Below, piece after piece: positions 44,608 through 54,418 of a stretch of DNA of 64,000 nt. Source of the DNA: Nitrospinales bacterium (GTDB lineage: Bacteria > Nitrospinota > Nitrospinia > Nitrospinales > VA-1); NCBI GenBank assembly GCA_965262115.1, contig OZ253496.1:1920001-1984000 (forward strand), in the 5' to 3' direction. Each line of letters opens with the position of its first letter. The stretch's first letter is position 1. The notes beneath the pieces are model-generated. The model saw only the letters and a list, made by a program, of their open reading frames with translations, was not told the DNA's origin and did no database searches. The position numbers and the translations under genes were made by a program.

Positions 44608-44689
44608 TGTTATGACCCCTCATCGGTTATGATGTCCTCTCCCTTAACCTTCATGCCCGGCACGGGTACTTCATGCCCCGAAAGGGGTA
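44608..44689 (-). repeat. Nested pair of 41-bp units
   Basis: Inner unit 44628-44668 inside outer unit; flanks rejoin to ttggccccacgccgagtgg, present intact at 45483-45501. Confidence 0.8.
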
Positions 44690-44910
44690 CGCCGAGTGGG
44701 CGGAGTGCCTCCGCTGGCATAAACAAGGGATTTTCCCTGCGCCCAATGGTTCCTTCGCTTTAGGGGCTATTGCTAGTTACCTCTACGGTTAGTGGTGGAA
44801 CCCTTTGAAAACATTTTGCTCCCCAGAAATTGCTGGTTAGGGGTTCACTCCGTTTTTTTTCTCCGGTATAATCTATGGATAATCGCTTAATTGCAAAAAG
44901 GGATGAGCAT

Positions 44911-45387
44911 ATGCCAGCATTTTCAAATTTTGTTTTAGCAACCTGCCTCGTTTTTTTTCTCAATGTTGCTCCGGTTGCGGGTTTTGTCGACAACCAGAAT
45001 GGCACCATAACGGATTCGAATACCGGCCTGGTTTGGCAAAAAGACGATTCTTTTCATGAGTTGAAAAAGGGACTCAACTGGTATCAGGCGTTGGAGTATA
45101 TCTCCAGAAAAAATTTGGAAAAGTTTGCGGGAAACGATGGTTGGCGGCTACCCACCTTGAAAGAACTGAACGGTTTATGGGTATCTTCAGGAAAGATTAA
45201 AAGCAAGGATGAGGAAACCCTTGGGCTTCCCTCTGCATTTGAAGGCGGAGGCAGTTATTATATTTGGACCGGGGACGAGCGCGGACTGGACCATGCCTGG
45301 TATTTTGGCCTGGGCCATAAAGAAAACTATTTTAACCTGAAAGATATGGCAGACCTGGAACAAGGCGTCAAAATGGTCCACCACTAG
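44911..45387 (+). CDS. DUF1566 (Lcl C-terminal) domain protein
   Basis: DNQNGTITDSNTGLVWQK, GWRLPT..EL. Confidence 0.85.
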   Translation: MPAFSNFVLATCLVFFLNVAPVAGFVDNQNGTITDSNTGLVWQKDDSFHELKKGLNWYQALEYISRKNLEKFAGNDGWRLPTLKELNGLWVSSGKIKSKDEETLGLPSAFEGGGSYYIWTGDERGLDHAWYFGLGHKENYFNLKDMADLEQGVKMVHH

Positions 45388-45550
45388 GCGTCGGGTCTTG
45401 TGCCCGGTGGAAATAGAACAATAGCTCATTGGCAATAAAGAGTTATCTTGGCTTGGCAGCACTCATGTAATATGTGGGCTAGTTGGCCCCACGCCGAGTG
45501 GCCAGCGTCACGCTGGCCACCGACGGTACGCCGGTTAGGAGATAAGATAT

Positions 45551-47293
45551 ATGAAACAAAAAGCACGGTTTGTCCAATCAGGGTTGGTGTTACTGGTGTT
45601 GGCGGGTTTGTGCTACGCCGCTTCGTTGGCGATTGCGCAGGAACATAAAATGGATCACGGTGACGGTGCCATGGATCATGGTGCGATGGATCACGGTGCA
45701 ATGGATCACTCTGCGCCCGGAGATGAATACCGGGTTGATGAGCCCATGGACCACGGCGATCACGGTGCCATGCAACATGAAGAAGGGGACAGTTTATTCC
45801 GCACCCGGGGATCTCATGATCAGCCAGACCTGTCCAAGCCTGAAGATATGGACTCCAAAAGCCTTCTGGCCCGCGGCCGCAACATTTATATGCATATGTG
45901 TGTATTCTGCCATGGACAAGACGGCAACGGGGGCGGCATAGCGGTTGAATTTTTATATCCCTGGCCGAGAGATTTTAGAGAAGGAATTTTTAAATTCCGC
46001 TCCACCCCGACGGGCACTCTTCCCCGCGATGAAGATTTATACCGCACCATCATAAGCGGTGTTCCCGGCACATCCATGCCGGCCTGGGGAGACGCGTTGA
46101 GCCCCCAAGACACCTGGGCTTTGATCAATCACATTAAAAACTTTTCCCCGCGATTCAAAAACGAACCGCAGGGTGAAAAAATAGTGGTTGCCAAACCCCT
46201 TGAATCTTCGCCGGAGCTGGTGGCCCGGGGCAAAAAACTTTTTAAGGAATTGAAATGCTTCCGCTGTCACGGTGAGTCTTTAAAGGGGGATGGCGAGCTG
46301 GCCGAATCGCTCATAGATGCCTGGAAGCACGCAGTGTTTGTGCATGACATCACCAACCCCCATTATTTCAAGAGTGGGCACAAGCCGGAAGACCTGTTCA
46401 GAACCATCACGGTCGGATTGGATGGAACCCCTATGGGTTCCTACCTTCACGTTCCCGAAAAAGACCGTTGGGCGCTGGTGCATTATATTGGTTCAAATTT
46501 GGTGAAGGAATTTAAAGAAGCGGAGTTTGAAACGGATCTTTATTCACTTCCTGTGGGAGTGGAACTGAGCACCGATCCTTATAGTCCGGTGTGGGAAGGG
46601 GTTGCCACAACAAACCTGGTATTGCGTCCGCTAGCGGCGAGGCGTGATGCGGTGGAATTTATTAATGTGTCTTCAGTGAATAACGGCGAACAGCTGGCGG
46701 TGCGTTTGCAGTGGAACGACCCGACTCATGACGCGTTTTCTGAATTGCGTTCAGATATCTTCCGCGATGGAGTGGCGGTGCAATTTGCATTGGGGGCGGT
46801 GACGCTTCACACTCATGGGCATAATGAACCGTTTTTTGGCATGGGCAACCGCAACAAACCGGTAAATATCTGGCATTGGAAAGCCGGCCTGGAAGAAGCG
46901 CTCGAAGCCGAAGATGATCTGGAATATGCTGGCGGCGGAGTGGATATGGACGCGTTAATTTTTGGCGATATTATTGCTGAAACTTTCTCTCGTGTTAATA
47001 CGACAGGAGATAATCCAGTTGAAGAACTGAATGCCGAAGGGTTCGGCACGGTCACGCCGCAACCTCCTGAAAACCAGAATGTGGAAGGCGCTGGCGAATG
47101 GAAGGACGGTGTCTGGACCGTGGTTTTTCTCCGCGACATGCCAAAAACCGGTAAATGGGATGTGGACTTTGCCCAACGCATTGACCCTGCGTTGGTGGCC
47201 TTCGCGGTCTGGGATGGGGTTAAGGAAGACAGGAACGGACGCAAGGTGATCAGCGTCTGGCAACGCTTCAATGTTAAGAAGCCGAAACCTTGA
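45551..47293 (+). CDS. Di-heme cytochrome c fused to ethylbenzene-dehydrogenase-gamma-like heme b domain
   Basis: CVFCH and CFRCH; C-terminal LQWNDPT, DGVAVQF, MG....VNIWHWKA, AFAVWDG...R.GRK; MDHG repeats. Confidence 0.88.
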   Translation: MKQKARFVQSGLVLLVLAGLCYAASLAIAQEHKMDHGDGAMDHGAMDHGAMDHSAPGDEYRVDEPMDHGDHGAMQHEEGDSLFRTRGSHDQPDLSKPEDMDSKSLLARGRNIYMHMCVFCHGQDGNGGGIAVEFLYPWPRDFREGIFKFRSTPTGTLPRDEDLYRTIISGVPGTSMPAWGDALSPQDTWALINHIKNFSPRFKNEPQGEKIVVAKPLESSPELVARGKKLFKELKCFRCHGESLKGDGELAESLIDAWKHAVFVHDITNPHYFKSGHKPEDLFRTITVGLDGTPMGSYLHVPEKDRWALVHYIGSNLVKEFKEAEFETDLYSLPVGVELSTDPYSPVWEGVATTNLVLRPLAARRDAVEFINVSSVNNGEQLAVRLQWNDPTHDAFSELRSDIFRDGVAVQFALGAVTLHTHGHNEPFFGMGNRNKPVNIWHWKAGLEEALEAEDDLEYAGGGVDMDALIFGDIIAETFSRVNTTGDNPVEELNAEGFGTVTPQPPENQNVEGAGEWKDGVWTVVFLRDMPKTGKWDVDFAQRIDPALVAFAVWDGVKEDRNGRKVISVWQRFNVKKPKP

Positions 47294-48630
47294 TAAAAGG
47301 ATTCTGCATTGCCATTTTCGTTGTTTTTGTAGCCTCTCCGTTAAAGGCAGAGGAGCCGGTAGCCCCTAAGGGAGAAACATCGAACCTGAACCAGAAGCTT
47401 CTGTCCGATGTTAGCAAGTTCCCCCCGCAGGGAGTGGTGGGCCTGGGTGAACTGGATCGGTTGATTCAGCTTCACCTGCCGAAAAAATTTCAAGAAGGTG
47501 TTGGTCCTTCCAAAAAAGCGAGGCTCCTGCCCCAAAGTGAAGAAACCGTTTTTACCATCCCCGGATTCGAAGCTTATGGTTGCGGGGAGTGCCATAAGTC
47601 GGACGAGCTGCTGGACAAGTCGATTGACCGGATGCGGCAATCGCTGGATCGCCTGAACTCTATTTTTCCCGATCTCCCCCCGCCATCGTTCAAACAGTTT
47701 ATAATCCAGTCTGGATCGGATGAATGGTTGCGTCCCGGTCAGTTTGCCCACACCACTTTTGACACGATCCGAATTTTTCCTGCCGCGATTCTGGTAGACA
47801 GCCGTGTGTACGGAAATGCCACGCACCTGCATGAGTCCCTGCATTTGACCCAGCCGTTTTTGGGGATTGCCAATGAACTGGAAGCGTATGGGTTGAATAT
47901 TCGCGCCAATCCCAAATTTCTGATTTTAAATTTTCCTTATTTTTCCGACACGATCACGGCATTTTTTATTCCTGAATTTCCAGATATCCTCAACCGGTTT
48001 TTTGCCCGCGAGGTGAAAGAGGAGGTGACCGTTCCTAAAGAGGTGCAGTGGTTTTTAATGCCTTTTGAAGACGATACGCTGGGCAAGTTAGAAATCGCCA
48101 TAAAAAAACTGGACCCGGTGTTAAAGGAAGTGTCGCGTCTAAACCGGACCTATCCTTTTAAGTCGGCTTATCTGGGTGAGCAGACGCGTGCGTTTTCGTT
48201 ATTGCTCGACATTGCGGCGGTAAAAACTCTGCCGCTCCCTCCATTGGAGTTGGCTCCCTCGGCGCTCAAAGAAGCGTTTGAAATTTTGGAAATTCAGCTC
48301 AGCAAACTCGATAACACCCGGTTGGGCTACCGCATCGACCGCAAACGCGAGGCCCTGTTGACCATGACCTATCATTTGCACTTGAAGGATTCCGCAACCC
48401 GGTTGGGAATTTATTTTCGGTTTTTAAAGCAACGGTTCATCGGAGAGGATGGAGAAGTAAATCTGGTGGTGCCGGATGAGGAAGATTTTAAGCTGTATGT
48501 TGAAGAGAAACGCCGCGAAATCGCCAGGATGGCAGACTCGCCAAAACTCACGCCGGTTGAGAAAGCGGGGGCCTTAAGAATGCTGGAAAATATTCCGCCC
48601 GGCGAGCCGCCGGAGGCAATGGGGCGGTGA
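47290..48630 (+). CDS. Secreted hypothetical protein with CxxCH and HExxH motifs
   Basis: Signal peptide, CGECH, HESLH; overlaps upstream stop codon. Confidence 0.65.
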   Translation: MIKGFCIAIFVVFVASPLKAEEPVAPKGETSNLNQKLLSDVSKFPPQGVVGLGELDRLIQLHLPKKFQEGVGPSKKARLLPQSEETVFTIPGFEAYGCGECHKSDELLDKSIDRMRQSLDRLNSIFPDLPPPSFKQFIIQSGSDEWLRPGQFAHTTFDTIRIFPAAILVDSRVYGNATHLHESLHLTQPFLGIANELEAYGLNIRANPKFLILNFPYFSDTITAFFIPEFPDILNRFFAREVKEEVTVPKEVQWFLMPFEDDTLGKLEIAIKKLDPVLKEVSRLNRTYPFKSAYLGEQTRAFSLLLDIAAVKTLPLPPLELAPSALKEAFEILEIQLSKLDNTRLGYRIDRKREALLTMTYHLHLKDSATRLGIYFRFLKQRFIGEDGEVNLVVPDEEDFKLYVEEKRREIARMADSPKLTPVEKAGALRMLENIPPGEPPEAMGR

Positions 48631-49022
48631 TGCGACCACCGTAAGGCGCGGAGCTTGAATGTTTTAATTTCCCAATCACAAGGAATTTTACCTTGTCTTG
48701 GAATGCTGTTATTTTGAGATTTGATAGGCAACAAGTAATACCATGGCCATAGTACCAAACGCGGCTAACGACACAAGCGTGATCAGGTGTCCCCCGGATA
48801 AAGCTCTAAAAGTTTTCAGAATTTCAACAATGCCTTGCATTAAAGCGATCTCAAAAAAAACTTTTAAGTTTTTGCCTAAATATATTTTCCCACAAGCTTT
48901 TGTGCTTTAATAGATTTACCATTTAATAGTGAAGCGAAAAAAGCTAACAGCACTTAGGCGGACTGAAGGAAAAGAAATTTATATCGCAACCTCATAACCT
49001 TCCTCCTTTAAAACCGGAAAGT

Positions 49023-49424
49023 TTAGCGGTTTTTCCGTAGATCGTTAATTAGTCTTCTGGTAGAACTTCCGGGAACTAGACATTCCCAAAACATCCAACC
49101 ATTTATCGGGTATTTAGTTATTTCCATTGCTGCACTTGAGGGTGAATAAAACCTTTTCCCTTTAAAAACTAAGGCACCATTTTCAACCCTCGCTCTATAA
49201 TCCGTACATCTGAAATTTGCATAAAATTGGGTGCCGTGGGGGAATGAGACATTTTTTACAACCCAAGGTTTTTCATCCTGTTGTTCACTGCTGATTTCTA
49301 CTTTTGGTAGTTCTAATAAATCGCGAATGACATCATTGCAGGTGAACTCTTCTGTTGAGCGCCTACAGGTTAATTCTCTAAAGACATCAAAATCGATTTC
49401 AATCGTTCGCATAGCATCCTCCAA
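49023..49424 (-). CDS. RAMA/DUF4357-like putative DNA-binding protein
   Basis: N-terminal TIEIDFDVF; C-terminal F.SPSSAA......NGW.FW; low GC. Confidence 0.6.
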   Translation of the reverse strand: MEDAMRTIEIDFDVFRELTCRRSTEEFTCNDVIRDLLELPKVEISSEQQDEKPWVVKNVSFPHGTQFYANFRCTDYRARVENGALVFKGKRFYSPSSAAMEITKYPINGWMFWECLVPGSSTRRLINDLRKNR

Positions 49425-49607
49425 ACTATAATGTAATACTCCAATATTATATCTACTATTTCTATTTGTTAATAGAAATAGTAGTTTTTAATTTTCAGGT
49501 GTCTTTTATTTCATGATTTCAGTATGTTAAAGTTATTGTTATCTTTTTGCAGGGCTATTTATTTGGTCCATTGAGCTACCCTCACCTCAATCCTCTCCCT
49601 TCAGGAG

Positions 49608-49937
49608 GAGAGCTTTGCATAACCTGGGATTACCCCTTCTACCCGTTCCGGGCATGAATTTAGCGGAGGGGATATCACAGGCTCACGAAGGTTAAGGAAA
49701 AATCCCACGTCTTCGTCACCTTGTTCCTCAGAATGACAAAACAGCCTTGTATCGTCATTGCGAACGTAGTGAAGCAATCCAGAACCTGGATCGCCACGCT
49801 CCTTTCCAGTCGCTCGCGATGACAGGAGAGGGTAATTGTCATTCTGAACGCAGTGAAGACGTGATGTTTCACTTAAGCTTTCGTGCCCGGAACGGGTAAT
49901 CTCGCTTTTCTGATTTTTCGACTTATGCAAAGGTCTC
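49608..49937. mobile_element. 330-bp MITE-like element with 15-bp TIRs and 9-bp TSD
   Basis: GAGAGCTTTGCATAA / TTATGCAAAGGTCTC (14/15); CTTCAGGAG at 49599-49607 and 49938-49946; contains three 40-bp units. Confidence 0.8.
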
Positions 49938-50173
49938 CTTCAGGAGAGGAGGCAAAAAAATCCCTTCTCCCTTGGAGGGAGAAGGTTAGGATGAGGGGGC
50001 TAATAATGAATCTTTTTCCTTGCTACATTGGGGGGGCAGGTTCGGGCGGTGACGCAGGGGGGGCAGGTTCGGGCGGTGACGCAACCTTTGGCCGAAAAAT
50101 AAATAAATTGAAGTGAGAGTTGTTAAAGCAAGCCGAGAAAATCATTGCTAGCCGGTGAAAGTTACTGCAAGTC

Positions 50174-50243
50174 TACCCGTGCTACCCTTGCGGGGCATGA
50201 AAGATGAGGAAGAGGGACATCACAGCTACGGAAGAATATCACG
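50174..50243 (+). repeat. Nested/partial 40-bp units
   Basis: Complete unit 50183-50224 inside a deleted outer unit. Confidence 0.7.
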
Positions 50244-50262
50244 ACCTGCGGCGGCTCGCCAG

Positions 50263-50805
50263 TTAGAGTCTGCTGGCGGGGGTGATGAGAGCAGGACCTT
50301 TGACATGGTCTTCCAGGGTTTCCGCTTGCACCTTGTCCTGCAATTTCATCAGAGCGTCGATCACCATTTCGGGTCTTGGCGGGCATCCCGGAATATAGAC
50401 ATCGACCGGGATGAGGGTATCAATTCCCATCACGGTGGAGTAGTTGTCGTAGAATCCGCCTGATACCGTGCACACTCCATAAGCGACCACCCACTTGGGT
50501 TCGGTCATTTGGTTATAGACCTTGGTGAGAATAGGAGCCTGTTTGTGGCTGATGGTTCCGACGACCATGAGCAGGTCGGCCTGCCTCGGTGAAAACCGGG
50601 GAAATGCAGCACCAAATCGGTCAAGGTCGTATTTCGGACCTGCCACGGACATGAACTCCATTCCGCAACATGCGGTGATGAAGGGATAGATAAAAAAGGA
50701 ATATTTTCGTGCCCAGTTAATGGCCTGGGTCATTTGCGTTACGATCACGTTATTACCCAGACTCATCTCGGTCTCGGTTCTGTATAGTCCAGCCATGCTA
50801 TCCAC
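50263..50805 (-). CDS. nuoB: NADH-quinone oxidoreductase subunit B (stand-alone)
   Basis: TACCGMEF, SPRQAD, GVCTVSGG, PGCPPRPE. Confidence 0.92.
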   Translation of the reverse strand: MDSMAGLYRTETEMSLGNNVIVTQMTQAINWARKYSFFIYPFITACCGMEFMSVAGPKYDLDRFGAAFPRFSPRQADLLMVVGTISHKQAPILTKVYNQMTEPKWVVAYGVCTVSGGFYDNYSTVMGIDTLIPVDVYIPGCPPRPEMVIDALMKLQDKVQAETLEDHVKGPALITPASRL

Positions 50806-51119
50806 TCCCTAATTGAGATTTATATTGTATTCTAAAATATTTTTAGCAAAAAATCCACCCACATCCGTGGGAGGGAGTAGGCTCCCAGCCTTCGGTGGTC
50901 GCGTCAGCGTGATGTTGGGCCCAATGAGTCCTTCCTGTGAGACCTAAACCGGTGTATAATCGGGTCATCGTCAAAAGCTGGCATAGGCTTACACCTACAC
51001 TGGGAGACCCGGGTTGGGTGGGTTTTCAGTTGCCTCTACGGCTAGTAGTTGCCAATTGTTTGAGAAAGGGAATTATGGATTACAGTGGTAACAAGACCGC
51101 CATGGGCCAGGAAAGGGTC

Positions 51120-51623
51120 ATGGCTGAGACCGAATCAATTGTCCGGATGAATTTGAGCAAAGATGGCAAAACCCTTGATCTTACTGCCACTTATTTGAAG
51201 GAGTATGGCGCTAAGGACATAGCCCGCATGGAGTTTTTGCGGCCTTTAACCAACCTGGCATTTGGGACGAATTTATGTGGTCCCAAGGGCGCGAAATATA
51301 TTGCCCAGTCTGAAGTGCTGGTTAACCTGACTTCGTTAAATATGTTTTACAACCGGCTTGGCAACGAGGGGATCAAATATCTCGCGGTATCCGATAATCT
51401 TTTGAGTTTGCAGAACCTGGTCCTCACTGATAATGAAATCACCGATGAGGGGGCTTTGGTTTTAGCGAAATTCATGCCTCTTTTCACTAATCTGGTGCGC
51501 CTGGATTTGCGTCTCAACCGGCTTAGGGATGAAGGAAAAGACGCCCTTAAAGAAGCGCAAAAAGTGTCTGCTGTCAAACACCTGCTACTGGACAAGGTAG
51601 AAGGTTTTCAGGTGAAGGGTTAG
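51120..51623 (+). CDS. Leucine-rich repeat protein
   Basis: Same LRR type as 36281-38428; ATG 51120 probable start. Confidence 0.8.
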   Translation: MAETESIVRMNLSKDGKTLDLTATYLKEYGAKDIARMEFLRPLTNLAFGTNLCGPKGAKYIAQSEVLVNLTSLNMFYNRLGNEGIKYLAVSDNLLSLQNLVLTDNEITDEGALVLAKFMPLFTNLVRLDLRLNRLRDEGKDALKEAQKVSAVKHLLLDKVEGFQVKG

Positions 51624-51781
51624 CGGCGAGCCGCCGCCACTCGGCGCCAGCGTGACGCTGGACCCAATAATGTCATGCTGAGGCTCTCGAAGCATCTCGG
51701 CTTGACGAGTTTTTGCTCGTAGCCTCTGGCGGCTTGCTCCTATTAAGCCGCGCTGATCTTTTGTTGGTCCATCCACGTTAT

Positions 51782-51878
51782 TACCCCTGCGGGGCACGAA
51801 AACCAAGGACAAATATCACGTGCTCATTGCCTCCCTCGTGTTAAATTTTTCGTTAGCTTTCATGCCCCGGAAGGGGTA
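51782..51878. repeat. Inverted pair of 40-bp units
   Basis: + unit 51782-51820, - unit ~51837-51878. Confidence 0.75.
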
Positions 51879-51886
51879 CTAGAGGG

Positions 51887-52732
51887 TTAACCCAGCGGAT
51901 TTAGTGTCACTTTATCGTTGTCGAACAGTGGTTGGATATCCCCGAAGTCAATTCCTGCAAGATCCACGCATTGCATTATCTCGGAACTCTGATAAATGAT
52001 CTGCCACAACCGGTTGCCCATTTCCTGAATATTTTCTAGCAGTGGGTTGAGTCCTTGGGGATTCTGGAGCAGGGCGAACAGGTCGAGTTCTACAGGTTTC
52101 CACTTATTCTGAGTTTTAAGAATTTCGCGGTACAGTTCCAGTTCATACTCGATGAGCGGGAAGGTGCTTCGAAGAGGGTGGGCCTTGGTCGAGTCAGGAA
52201 AAAGGGACAGGAACTCTTTTTCGATTTTGGCTGCTTTCCAACTGGTGAGCAGATAGCCGGTCAGGTTGCCGTGCAATATTGAAATGGATTGAACCATTTG
52301 CTGGACCCGATCAATATATTCTGCCCGCATTTCGTTGATCAAAACTGCGTTGAGAAAATCTTTGCTGGCGCGTTCTTTGATCAGGAAAAGGTTGGCATAA
52401 AGTTCGCGTAGCACCGAATTCAAATTGGCGATGCTGACGGGGTCGTCAGGGGCCCGGCTTTCTTTTAAAGAAACCGTTTCCACTTCCAGGTCCCTTTTTG
52501 TGGTTTCAATATAATTAATCTGCGGGATATCCAGCAGGCTGTGGAAAACTCCTGGAGCAAGGGCCAGGTCGAGACCGAATTGATCGCGTACGTAGTCGCG
52601 GATTTTCCGGCATCTGACCACATCGCGAAAGGTTTCGACTGTTTGTTCCAGAGGTTCACCGGTTCCCACGAAGGGTTCGACTTCAGCTTCCGGTCCCAGC
52701 AGTTTTTTTAATATTCGTTTAGGATCCCGCAA
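51887..52732 (-). CDS. Hypothetical protein
   Basis: 281-aa ORF, no recognised motif. Confidence 0.6.
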   Translation of the reverse strand: MRDPKRILKKLLGPEAEVEPFVGTGEPLEQTVETFRDVVRCRKIRDYVRDQFGLDLALAPGVFHSLLDIPQINYIETTKRDLEVETVSLKESRAPDDPVSIANLNSVLRELYANLFLIKERASKDFLNAVLINEMRAEYIDRVQQMVQSISILHGNLTGYLLTSWKAAKIEKEFLSLFPDSTKAHPLRSTFPLIEYELELYREILKTQNKWKPVELDLFALLQNPQGLNPLLENIQEMGNRLWQIIYQSSEIMQCVDLAGIDFGDIQPLFDNDKVTLNPLG

Positions 52733-52950
52733 AAAGTTTGTTCCTTCCTTAATGTTCCATTACCTCGATTGAGGTTTCTATTTTATGATGGAATTGCCAG
52801 TGGATACAATCCGGGTTTGGAGGAGGAGTTAGAATGCCCGGCAATGTTGGCGGTTGGAATTTTTAATGGAAACTGCTAACATTCGTCTCGCCAAGTTCCG
52901 GCGGCCCCCCTTTTCTGCCGGAACATTTTTAAGACGCAGGAACACCTAAA

Positions 52951-53037
52951 GCCGGGGTGGCGGAATTGGTAGACGCAAGGGACTTAAAATCCCTCGGGGG
53001 AAACCCCGTGCCGGTTCGATTCCGGCCCTCGGCACCA
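52951..53037 (+). tRNA. tRNA-Leu (TAA)
   Basis: gccggggtggcggaattggtagacgc, anticodon loop CTTAAAA, long variable arm, GGTTCGATTCC, CCA. Confidence 0.95.
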
Positions 53038-53077
53038 CCTTTTAGCAGAGGTTTTCCGTAGCCTTTGTGTTCCCCTG

Positions 53078-53816
53078 TTATATTTTTCTTATCAGGCTAC
53101 TACCTGACTTGTCTGGTATTCGTATGGGTTTTTCAGGCTTGTCGGCAAAAAATTCCTGTGCTGCACGCAAAATGCCAGGCCAGTGCGGGTTGTCGTAGTC
53201 ATGGAGAATAAGAAATCCTCCCGGTTCCAGTTTTTCGTAGAAGTATTCCAGGTCGGCTTTCATTGGCTGATAAAGGTCGACATCGAGGTGGACCAGTGCA
53301 AAACGCGTGTCGGGGTCTAGCTGGCTGGTGGTTTCAGGAAAATAACCCTGGAAATAATGAATGTTGTCTTTGGTTCCGACAAAACTCCTGTACCTGCTCA
53401 ATTAAAGTGCTGGAAAATCCTCCTGTGGTCGCATTCTCGGTTTCGCAGTCTCTCTTGTCAAAGCCTGTGAATGTATCGAACAGATACAAATTTCTTTCAG
53501 GGCAAAGTGAATGGATAACCTTTGCGGAGTTTCCGCGATACACTCCTACCTCCGCCAAGCTCCCGGGAATATTCGAACTTTTCAGCTCTTCCACGGTGGT
53601 GATTAAGAATAACAAGCGGATTAGGTCCTTATCATTATTATCTTTATTTTGATGGATCCAATGCTCTCTAAATTCGGATAGTTTGATATCCGTCTTTGAT
53701 AAAAATTCCGGCAGATGCTGGATCACATAACTGTCGCTGGAATTGACAAGATCTATCAGCAGTCTTTTGATGATCGAGCGTTTCTTTTTTTGCCACCAGG
53801 AGAGTTTGGAAGACAT
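53078..53816 (-). pseudogene. TylF/MycF-family O-methyltransferase, frameshifted
   Basis: AEVGVYRG, LFDTFTGF in one frame; VHLDVDLY, GGFLILHDY in the next. Confidence 0.85.
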
Positions 53817-53992
53817 CTTAAGACCTTTGGGCTACATGTAAACCGACAAACCATTAATACTTTAAAAAGCTCAACATGAAAGACTTTTCTTCCTAACGGG
53901 ATTGCAACTCCTCGCTGGAGAGGCAGCAGGGTGATGCCGTTAAGCCGAGATAACTTTTTTCTAACCAAATAGTTACCTGCAACGGTTCGCTG

Positions 53993-54349
53993 CTAATTTT
54001 TTGTGTAGAGGTATTTGACGGTTTCCAGAGACGGGTATTCGGATTTCAAATTTTCCAGCAATAAAGTGAGGGCGATGGATTGCTCGTCGCTCATGTCATC
54101 GCGTTGGCTTATGACGCACAGGCCTATGCTTGTGTCATCCAGTTCGGGGTGGTGCGATCCTATTCTGGAAACGTGTCGTCCCATCAAAGTTTTGCCTTCC
54201 GCCGTAATAATAAAGTGGTAACCGATTTCAGGCTCACCTTTAGCAAGGTGTGATTGCTTGATGTTGTCATAGGTGGACGCATCTTCTCCGGTAAAATGCA
54301 CCAGCACAAAACGGGTGTCCGGCCTTGCTTGTAAATCCTCATGATTCAT
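53993..54349 (-). CDS. Amidase_2 / T7-lysozyme-like peptidoglycan-recognition protein
   Basis: VLVH, IGYHFII, GR....GSH, SIGLCV. Confidence 0.75.
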   Translation of the reverse strand: MNHEDLQARPDTRFVLVHFTGEDASTYDNIKQSHLAKGEPEIGYHFIITAEGKTLMGRHVSRIGSHHPELDDTSIGLCVISQRDDMSDEQSIALTLLLENLKSEYPSLETVKYLYTKN

Positions 54350-54418
54350 GATCTGTTTCTTCCTGATTGGGACTATATTGTATTATAGAGTGGTTGATGA
54401 ATTATTGAAGGGCTTTGA

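Noticed and set aside
49601..50116. Short ORFs over the MITE (also 27300-27602, 12245-12520)
   Set aside because: Translations of palindromic repeats, not credible proteins
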